DNA of 64,000 nucleotides, from assembly GCF_963921235.1 (NCBI RefSeq), contig NC_086108.1, positions 105,278,001 through 105,342,000 on the forward strand. The letters are read 5' to 3'. Shown here piece after piece: positions 36,700 through 46,898 of the stretch; within the stretch, counting starts at the first letter, position 1, and each line of letters starts with the position of its first letter. This DNA is from Mobula hypostoma (lineage: Eukaryota). The translations under genes and the position numbers were made by a program. The notes under the pieces were generated by a model that ran no database searches, was not told the origin of the DNA, and saw nothing but the letters and a program-made list of their open reading frames with translations.

Positions 36700-39153
36700 G
36701 CAAGCACGTGGACATCAGCGAGTTAGAACAGCGAGAAGAGTTTAAAAAGAAGACAGCTTTATAGAGTGGGTTCCCGAGTAGGAGGGCTTTGGCTCAATGG
36801 GGCTTCGGCGATAACAGTTGGAGGTGAGGTCAGTTACTTGTGAAGAATAGAAACAGCAAGTATGTGTGTGAGGCCGGTGTTCCATACTGGGTGTCAGATG
36901 GGGGATGTCAGGGAGACTCCAAGCCTCCCGGACGGCCACATTTGCGCCAGGTGTGTTGAACTATAGCTCCTTAGGGGTTGCATTAGGGACCTGGAGCTGC
37001 AGCTCGATGACCTTCGTCTGGTCAGGGAAAGTGAGGAGGTGATAGAGAGGAGCTATAGGCAAGCAGTCAGACCGGGGCCTCTGGAGACAGATAAGTGGGT
37101 AACAGTCAGGAGAGGGAAGGGTAAGAGTCAGATACTAGAGAGTACCCCTGTGGCTGTCCTCCTTAACAGTAAGTACTCCTGTTTGAGTACTGTTGGGGGG
37201 GACGTCCTACCTGGGGGAAGCGACAGTGACTGCACCTCTGGCACAGAGTCTGGCCCTGTGGCTCAGAAGGGTAGGAAAAGGAAGAGGATGGCAGCAGTGA
37301 TAGGGGACTCTATAGTTAGGGGGTCAGACAGGTGATTCTGTGGACACAGGAAAGAAACACGGATGATAGTTTGCCTCCCAGGTGATATGTAATTCAAAAG
37401 AAGCATTGTAGATGCATTGTAGGTATAGGATTGTCCTTTGATGCAACCGTTCAGGATATTTTCTACAGTGATCTGGTCCAGGATGTTTCTGATCGTGTCC
37501 ACGATATCCTGCAGTGGGAAGGAGAACAGCCAGAGGTTGTATATATTGTTATATTGGTACCAACGACATAGGTAGGAAAAGGGAAGAGATCCTGAAAACA
37601 GACTACAGGGAGTTAGGAAGGAAGTTGAGAAGCAAGACCACAAAGGTAGTAACCTCGGGAATACTGCCTGTGCCACGTGACAGTGAGAATAGGAATAGAA
37701 TGAGGTGGAGGATAAATGCGTGGCTGAGGGATTGGAGCGGGGGGCAGGGATTCAGATTTCTGGATCATTGGGACCTCTTTTGGAGCAGGCGTGACCTGTA
37801 CAAAAAGGACAGGTTGCACTTGAATCACAGGGGGACTAATATCCTGGCAGGGAGGTTTGCTAAGTCTATTGAGGAGAGTTTAAACTAGAATAGCTGGGGG
37901 CTGGGAACTGAACTGAAGAGACGGAGGAAGGGATGGTTGGCTCACAAATAGAGAAAGCTTGGAGACAGTGCGAGAGGGAAGATAGGCATGTGATAGAGAA
38001 GGGAAGCACTCAGACTGATGGTTTGAGGTGTGTCTATTTTAATGCAAGGAGTATTATGCACAAAGCGGATGAGCTTAGAGCGTGGATCAGTACTTGGAGC
38101 TATGATATTATGGTCATTACAGATACTTGGATGGCTCAGGGGCAGGAATAGCTATTTAGAGTGCCAGGCTTTAGTTGTTTCAGAAAGGACAGGGAGGGAG
38201 GCAAAAGAGGTGGGGGCGTGGCATTGCTGATCAGAGATAGTGTCACAGCTGCAGAAAAGGAGGAAGACATGGAGGGATTGTCTACTGAGTTTCTGTGGGT
38301 GGAAGTTAGGAACAGGAAGGGGTCAGTAACCCTACTGGGTGTTTTTTATAGTCCACCCAATAGTAACAGGGACATCAAGGAGCTGATAGGGAGACAGGTT
38401 CTGGAATGGTGCAATAATAACAGGGTTGTGTTGGTTGGTGGGAGATTTTAATTTCCCAAATATTGATGACATCTCCCTAGAGCAAGGGGTTTAGATGGGG
38501 TGGAGTTTGTTAGGTGTGTTCAAGAAGGTTTCTTGACACAATATGTAGATAAGACTGCAAGAGGAGAGGCTGTACTTGATCTGGTATTGGGAAATGAACC
38601 TGGTCAGGTGTCAGGTCTTTCAGTGGGAGAGCATTTTGGAGATAGTGATCACAATTCTGTCTCCTTTACCATTGCATTGGAGAGGGATAGGAACAGATAA
38701 GTTAGGAAAGCGTTTAATTGGAGTAAGGGGAAATATGAGGATATCAGGCGGGAACTTGGAAGCAGAAATTGGGAACAGATGTTCCCAGGGAAATGTATGG
38801 CAGTAATGTGGCATATGTTCAGGGGATATTTGCGTGGAGTTCTGCATAGGTACGTTCCAATGAGACAAGGAAAGGATGGTAGGGTAAAGGAACCATGGTA
38901 TACAAAGGCTGTTGTAAATCTAGTCAAGAAGAAAAGAAAAGCTTACGAAATGTTCAAAAAGCTAAGTAATGATAGAGATCTAGAAGATTATAAGGCTGGC
39001 AGGAAGGAACTTAAAAAATGAAATTAGGAGAGCCAGAAGGGACCATGACAAGGCCTTGGCAGGAAGGATTAAGGAAAACCCTAAGTTATTCTTACAAGTA
39101 TGTGAAGAACAAGAGGATAACATGTGAGACAATAGGACCTATCAAGTGTGACA
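36700..39153 (+). mobile_element. CR1 LINE 5' half (ORF1 esterase plus APE endonuclease), decayed
   Basis: VIGDSIVRG, IGTND, LYKKDRLHLN (SGNH esterase); NARSI, GGGVALL, YSPPNS, LDLVL, SDHN (APE); multiple stops. Confidence 0.9.
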
Positions 39154-39276
39154 AGGTACAGAGGAGATGTTAGGGGTAAGTTTTTTACGCAGAGAGTGAT
39201 AAGAGTGCGGAATGGGCTGCCAGCGACAGTGGTGGAGGCGGATACAATAGTGTCTTTCAAGAGACTCCTGGATAGG

Positions 39277-39765
39277 CTCTAGGCCAGGGGCCGTGGTCGA
39301 TGGCCGGCGACTTGGGCTGGCTCACCCACCGGACTTAGTCTGGTGAGGAGGGTGTGAGGACACCCAGCAGGACTAAAAAAAACAAGACCTGACAAAGAGC
39401 GGATGAGCTCCTTGTGAGCCAACGGCCATCTTCCGTGGAAGAGATTAAAGCCTCACCATGTATCTACAAATCGTATGCTATGCACCTAGTTAGAAGAGAC
39501 ATGATGAACTTGGGCGCTGCACCGTGTGCCTGGACCTGCCCAAGGCCTCCGCCTAAGGAAGGGCCGAGTTCGAAGAAGTGGCTGAGGCTGGAGGCCGACA
39601 CGGCCTCGGGCTCGAGTTTGGTGGGGGCGGCGGCGGGCGGTGCCAAGGCGGCCAGCAAGAACAAACTGGAGGAGAGGTTGTACTCGGTGCTGTCCCAATA
39701 TCGAAGAAGATGGAGGTGCATAGCCGCCAACCCCGGATTCGGGACGGCACCCACTGACCGACTGA
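39277..39765 (+). mobile_element. Non-autonomous RTE-type retroelement carrying a captured gene fragment
   Basis: TSD ctggatagg at 39268-39276 and 39766-39774; (actg)n-like tail; RTE-like C-terminal peptide VRRDMMNLG....QYRRRWRCIAANP. Confidence 0.75.
39516..39693 (+). pseudogene. CYHR1: Circularly permuted fragment of CYHR1/ZFTRAF1 coding sequence
   Basis: 39552-39693 encodes [14 protein letters not shown]...[12 protein letters not shown]; 39518-39550 encodes [11 protein letters not shown]. Joining 39693 to 39516 gives [22 protein letters not shown], the conserved CYHR1/ZFTRAF1 RING-start motif (recognised from memory). Confidence 0.85.
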
Positions 39766-40724
39766 CTGGATAGGTACATGGATCTTAGAAAAATAGAGGG
39801 TTATGGGTAACCAAGGTAATTTCTAAAGTAAGTACGTGTTCGGCACAGCATTTTGAGCCGAAGGGCTTGTATTGTGCTGTAGGTTTTCTATGCTTCTATG
39901 TCCACAGCTTACTAAGCATAACCCACACATCTTTGGAATGTGGGAGGGAAAGCAGAACAGCAGGCAGAAGTCCACGTGATCTTGGGAAGAAAGTACAAGC
40001 TCGTTACAGACAATCAGGGTAATTCAAACCCGATCGCTGATCGCTGTTTCTTAAGTAGCGTTACTCTACCTTGCTGTTCCATATTTGGTATTTGGTAAGA
40101 TGCTGAATTTCCTTACGCTTCTGCCCAGGACAGGCCATCCAAGACATTAAAGCCTAAGAACCTGAAGCTGACCTAAGAATGAAGACTGTTGTGTGGTCTG
40201 CACGTTTCCTTTCTGAATTGATTAGTTTAAATTTAAAGATTAGCCTTATTTATCACATGTACTTTCAGACATACAGTGCAATGCATTGTTGGTGTCAAAT
40301 CAGATCAGGGAGAATTTTGCTGGCTGGCTGGCAAGTGTCACATTTCCATTGCCAACTTAGCATGCTCACAACCCACTAACACTAACCTGTTGGTCTTTGG
40401 AACCCACACATGGAGAACCTGGAGGAAACCCACATGTTCATGTGGAAAATGTACAAATTCTCTATGGAGAGTGGCAGGAATTGAAGTCCCATCAGTGATT
40501 GCTGCCAATGTCATAGAGTTACGCTAACCACCGCACTACCAAGCCGTTCCTTTTTATCTAGTTTCCTAGCTTTTAGTTGCATTGATGTTGAGTGAGCCAT
40601 TGGTATTGTGGCAGAACTCAAACAGATTATCCGTCTCACTCCTGTATGACACTGTCCACAGGACCCAGGGAACGGGAGTTGAAACAATCATCCTTGACCC
40701 AAACAGAGTGACGATAATGATGAA

Positions 40725-42420
40725 CACTGCTAGTGTCTTCGCTGTGGAAGACACTAGCAATGTGCCAGATGTTGTAATGTGTGAAGGAAGAGAAGTGAGT
40801 GCAGTAACTATTACAAGGGAGAAGGTACTCAAAAAGCTGAAAGATCTAAGGGTACATAAGTCACCCGGACCAGATAAACTGCACCCTAGGGTTCTGAAAG
40901 AGGTAGTGTCAGAGATTATGGTGGCATTAGCAATGATCTTTCAAAAATCATTGGACTCTGGCATGGTGCCAGAGGACTGGAAAATTGCAAATGTCACTCC
41001 ACTCTTTAAGAAAGAAGGAAGGCAACAGAAAGGAAATTATAGACCAGTTAGCCTGACCTCAGTGGTTAGGAAGATGTTAGAGTCAATTGTTAAGGCTGAG
41101 GTGATGGAGTACTTGGTGACACAGGACAAGATAGTACAAAGTCAGCATGATTTCCTTATGAGAAAGTCCTGCCTGACGAACCTGTTGGAATTCTTTAGGG
41201 AGATTACAAAAGGATAGATAAAGGGGATGTAGTGGATGCTGTATATTTGGACATTCAGAAGGCCTTTGACAAGGTGCCACACATGAGTTAAGAGCCCGTG
41301 GTATTACAGGAAAGTTACTAACATGGTTAGAGCATTGGCTGATTGGAAGAAGGCAGCGAGTGGGAATAAAAGGTTCCTTGTCTGGTTGGCGCCAGTGACT
41401 AGTGGTGGTCTGCAGGGGTTGGTGTTGGCACCATTTCTTTTTATGCTGGATATAAATGACTTAGATGGTGAAATAGATGGCTTTGTTGCCAAATTTGAAG
41501 ATGATATGGAGATTGGTGGAGGGGTAGGTAGTGTTAAGGAAACAGGTAGGATGCAGAAGGACGTAGACAGATTTGGAGAATGGGCAAGAAAGTGGTAAAT
41601 GAATTATAATGTTGGGAAATGCATGGTCATACACTTTGGTAGTAGAAATAAATATACAGACTATTTTCTAAATGGGGAGAAAATCCAAAAATCTGAGATG
41701 CAGAGGGACTTGGGAGTCCTTGTGCAGAGCACCCTAAAGGTTAACTTGCAGATTGAGTCGGTGGTGAGGAAGGCAAATGCCATGTTAGCATTCATTTCAA
41801 GAGGTCTAGAATACAAGAACAGGGATGTGATGCTGAGGCTTTATAAGACACTGGTAAGGCTGCACCTTGAGAATTGTGAACAGTTTTGGGCCCCTCATCT
41901 TAGAAAAGATGTGCTGGCATTGGAGAGGGTCCAGAGGAGGTTCACAAGGATGATTCCAGGAATGAAAGGATTATCATATGAGGAACGTTAGATGGCTCTG
42001 GTCTGTACTCGCTGGAATTTAGAAGGATGAGGGTGGATCTCATTGAAACCTTTTGAACGTTGAAAGGCCTAGACAGAATAGATGTGGAAAAGATGTTTCC
42101 CATGGTGAGAGAGTCTAGGACAAGAGGGTACAGCCTCAGGATAGAGGGGTGCTCTTTCAAAACAGAGATGCCAAGAAACTTTGTTAGCCAGAAAGTGGTG
42201 AATTTGTGGAATTTGTTGCCACATGCAGCTGTGGAGGCCAGGTCATTGGGTGTATTTAAGGCAGAGATTGATAGGATCTTGATTGGACATGGCATCAAAG
42301 GTTATGGGCAGAAGGCTGTAAAATGGGGTTGGGGAGGAGTTAAAAAAAGGATCAGTCAGGATTGAATGGCGGAGCAGACTCAATGGGCCAAATGTCTTAA
42401 TTCTGCTCCTACGTCTTGTG
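40725..42420 (+). mobile_element. Decayed CR1 LINE ORF2 and 3' UTR
   Basis: KSPGPD, NYRPVSLTS, KSCLTNLLEFF, QRDLGV, LERVQRRFTRM; several stops. Confidence 0.9.
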
Positions 42421-42449
42421 GTCCAAGAAGATTTTAATTATTCCGGAGC

Positions 42450-43270
42450 ACCACACACAGAATGCTGAAGGAGCTCAGCAGGTCAGGCAGCATCTACAGT
42501 GTTTTGGGCCGAAACCCTTCATCAGCACTGGAAAGGAAGGGGGACGAAGCCAGAATAAGAAGGTGGGGAGGGATGTTGAAGGGGGTGAGTACAGACTGGC
42601 AACTGATAGATCTGACCAGGTGAGGGGGAAGATAGGTGAGTGGGGAAGGGGAGATGAAGCTGGGAGGTGATAAGTGGAAAAGAAAAAGGTCTAAAGAAGA
42701 ACAATCTAATGGGGGAAGAAAGTGGATCATGGGAGAAAGGGAAAGAGGAGGGGCACCAGAGGGAGGTAATAGTCAGGTAAGAAAACAAGAAACGGTAAGA
42801 GGGGAGCCAGAATGCGGAATGGGAAAAGGGGAAGGAGAAAACAATGTTTATGCCATCAGGTTGGAGAGTACCCAGAGAGAATGAGGTGTTGCTCCTCCAA
42901 CCTGAGAATGGCTTTATCATGGCAGCCGAGCAGGGCATGGATCAACACGCTGGAATTTGAATAGGGAGTGGGATCAAGATGGGGGTATCTGGAATCCTTC
43001 CACTTATGGTGGATGGAGCAAAGGTGCTCAACAAAGTGGTCTCGCAATCTATTTCAGGTCTCATCGATGTAGAGGATGCCACACCAAGAGCACTGGATAC
43101 AGTAGATGACCTTCAGAGATTCATTGATGAAGTATTGCCTCACCAGGAAAAACTGCTTGAGATCCTGAATAAGCTGTGAGGGAGGAGGTGAATAGGTAAG
43201 TGTGGCATTTCTTCCGCTTGCAGTGGTATGTGCCATGAGACAGAACGGTGGGGAGGGACGAATGGACCAG
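42450..43270 (-). mobile_element. Penelope-like element 3' fragment
   Basis: VIYCIQCSWCGILYIDET (GIY-YIG) and RDHFVEHLCS; pLTR present. Confidence 0.75.
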
Positions 43271-45157
43271 TGAGTCAGGATTCTCAAGTAAATTGCTGAG
43301 TCAACATAGAGACCCAGTACAGATCCAGCGGTGGTGACTGTGGTGACTGATCCCACCTCACAAATCCAAAAGCACATCACAATTTTTATACCCTTAAAAT
43401 CAATGGCTAATTCAATATGGTTTCAATAATTACAAAGACATCATTTACTTCAACACTTCAGCTTGACATTGCTTTCTCTGAATTGCATATCTACAGGAGG
43501 TGACTCCACTAAATGTTCAAACACCTTGGCTGGAACAAACGAATTGCAAATTTTGCTGAGTTCACACAATGTTCAAAATGTGAGAATAGAGCAAATGCTT
43601 TAACCCATAACTGATGCAGAACCCCAATGTCTTAATATTTCCCTGGTGCATTTGCAAACCATATCTCTTAGACTGTAGGCCAGCCTGTGCTTTTAACGTT
43701 AATATGTTGCTTGCAATTTTCAATTTACTTTAAGAACGCAAGACGAGTTGTTATTTGAATTAATATCTGCTATATTCACTGAACTCCAGAATACTCCCTA
43801 ACATTTACGATCGGAGACAATGTGCCTGATCAACAGCCAGACTGCGAACTACAGAAAGCAATGTCTGCTCCGGAGTCTTCTAAAGATCAGCAATTGCTTT
43901 AATTAGCCTGACGGCAGGAGGTCACGGTCCAAACGCAAATATCCCGCAGGCTCATCACAGACATGCAGATGGTGATATATTTTGATAAGGGATGCACAAT
44001 TGCCTGTGTTTACCCTGGAAGGAGACGCGTTGGATTAGAAATTTAATGTCACTGTTTAAGTCAAAGAGTGTTGAAAGTCAAAAGTTTGCATCTGAGCCAT
44101 GATAATGTTTTGGTACAGAGTTTAGTGTTGGTGGAGGGTGGGGGGGTGCGGTGGTGGGTGGAAATCACTCAACAGCTCTGTTCTACTCCCACTCTATCCC
44201 AGCACACCAAACCCACACTGACATCCAATCACCCATTTACACTTATCATCAGACGATAAGACATAGGAGTAGAATTAGGCCATTCTGCCCTTCGAGTCTG
44301 CTCCACCATTCCATCATGGCTGATTTATTAACTCTGTCAACCCCATTCTCCTGCCTTCTTCCCACAGAATTTGACACCCTGAATAATCAAGAACCCTCCA
44401 CTTTAAATATACCCAATGACTTGACCTCCACAGCCATCTGCGGCAGTGAATTCCACACAGATTCACAACCCTCTGATTAAAGAAATTCCTCCTCATCTCT
44501 CTTCTAAAGGGACATTTCTTTATTCTGAGGCAGCGCCCTCTGGTCCTAGACCAGAGGCATCACATTTTGAAGATGTCCTCAGTGATGGGGAGGCTACTGC
44601 CCATGATGAAGCTGGCTGAGTTTACAACCCTCTGCAGCTTTTCTAATCCTGTGCATTGGAGCCTCCATACCAGGTGATGATGCAACGAGTCAGAATGCTC
44701 TCCATGGTACCAATGTAATTCATATTTTAAATATTGCAGTGGGCGAGGGGGTGAAGTGGACAAATACCTTCTCCTCCACCATCAGATTTCTGAACAGTCC
44801 ATGAACGCATGAACACTGCCTCAGTTATTTCTCTTTTGCATTACTTACTAATCTATCTCTCTATCTATTTATCAATCAATCTATCTATCTGTTGTCACTT
44901 ATAATTTTTATGTGTTGCACTGTGCTGCCACCACAGAGCAATTGAATTTCATGGCATAACGTATCAGTTAACATAGTACTTTATAATGCCAGCGATCAGG
45001 GTTCAATTCCTTCCCCGTCTGTGATGAGTTTGTACTTTCTCCTCGTGACTGTGTGTGTTTCCTCTGGGTGCTCCAGTTTCTTTTCACATACGTTCCAAGG
45101 CAGATGGCTATTAAGTTGTGGGTATGCTATGTTGGCACTGGAAACATGGGAACACTT

Positions 45158-45836
45158 AGATCATGAAAACACTCAGTCCTCTTTTATTGTCATTTAGAAA
45201 TGCATACATGCATTAAGAAATGATACAATGTTTCTCCAGAGTGATATCACAGAAAAACAGGACAAACCAAAGACTAACACTGACAGAACCACATAATTAT
45301 AACGTATAGTTACAGCAGTGCAAAGCAATACCATAATTTGATGAAGAACAAACTATGGTCATGGTAAATAAAGTCTCAAAAGTCCCCGAGTCGATCGACT
45401 CCCGAGTCCCTGATAGCAGGCGGCAAAAGGGAGAATCTCCCTGCCATAAACCTCCAGGCACCGTCAACTTGCCGATGCCTTGGAAGCAGCCGACCACAGC
45501 CGACACTGAGTCCATCCGTCCGAAAACTTCGAGCCTCCGACCAGTCCCTCTGATACAGCCTCCCGAGCGCCATCCTCTGCCGAGCGCCTTCGACCTGGCC
45601 CTGGCCGCTGAAACAAACAAAGCCGAGGATTCGGGGCCTTCTGCTCCGGAGATTCTGGTTACCACAGTAGCAGTGGCAGCGAAACGGGCATTTCAGAAGT
45701 TTCTCCAGATGTTCCTCCGTGCTCTCATTTCTGTCTCCATCAAATCAGAATTGTGCACGGTACCCTACTTGACAGATTACAGATATTTATCACCGGAGAG
45801 GCCGCGCGCGCTGCCGTCGCGCCGCCATCTTCTCCT
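45158..45836 (-). mobile_element. Short non-autonomous LINE-derived element inserted in a tRNA-SINE
   Basis: Minus strand starts GAGGAGAAGATGGCGGCGCGACG (CpG-rich LINE-like 5' UTR) and ends with AATAAA; it splits the SINE sequence aacactt|gtgggctgcccccagcac. Confidence 0.6.
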
Positions 45837-46898
45837 CCTTGTGGGCTGCCCCCAGCACATCTCGCCCTATTTTGGTCATTGACACAATTGATACATTTCA
45901 CTGTATATTTCGATGTACGGATGTACAAATAAAGCTAATCTCTTTTGATTCTAATTCTGATTCTGGGGAATGAAAAGGTTAAATTTCAAGGACTGCCACT
46001 CTCATCCCCTTAAGCAGAGAAGGTCAAAGGCTGATCTAATCGCGGTGTCTGAAATGTTCGAAGGATTCGATAAGATAGACATTAAAAAAGCTTCATCCTG
46101 CAGCAAGGGATTAGACACAGAGGGCTGGGGGTGTAATCCTCAAATTTGAGCCAGGTTTTTCAGAAGCAAAATAAGAAAACTTTGACGCACATCAAACCGA
46201 ATGAAAATCTGGAATTCTTATCCCAAGAATGTTGTGGATGCTGGTGGTCAATTGGAACTTTCAAGGCAGAGAGTATTGTTAGATAAGGGTATTAGGAAGC
46301 TAAGGTAGGTAAATTAACTCAAGATACCCATCAGTCTTGATCTGACGGTTTGTAGAAGCTGCCCTGAGGTGTTCAATGTCCTATTGATATTTGTGTTCAT
46401 CTAATCATCCCTCCGAAGTCAGAGTTCAAATTTGAGCAGCTGTGTGCAGTGGGGATGGGGGGAGGGGGTGGTTATGTAGAGAAATTCAACATGCAGTATC
46501 TTCATTTCATAGTGTTCCATACTCTCCAGATCCAAACTGACCGGCGATAGAGTCACACAGGCCAAAACAGTCCCTTTGGCTCAACTTACCCATGACGATC
46601 CGGGTACAGTCATGAGCACCTTTGCTTTCTCTGCCACAAAAGGGCAGAATCTCCTGGTGGCTATCCACTTCAGTTTGGTTTCCCACTCACACACTGACAT
46701 GTCTGTCCGGGGACTCCTCTACTGCCACGATGAGGCCAGGTTGGAGGAGGAACACCTCATATTCCATCTGAGTAACCTCCAACCTGATATTATGACATTG
46801 ACTGAAACATAGAAACATAGAAAATAGGTGCAGGAGTAGACCATTCGGCCCTTCGAGCCTGCAACGCCATTTATTATGATCATGGCTGATCATCCAAC

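Larger units (their letters stand above)
39154..39901 (+). mobile_element. CR1 3' fragment (same subfamily as 9313-9880), interrupted at 39277-39765
   Basis: Colinear with 9643-9880; ttctatgcttctatg tail. Confidence 0.85.

Noticed and set aside
39414..39773. Functional CYHR1 gene or ordinary processed pseudogene
   Set aside because: Only 178 bp of the gene is present, permuted, inside a TSD-flanked element; there are no downstream exons or poly-A tail.
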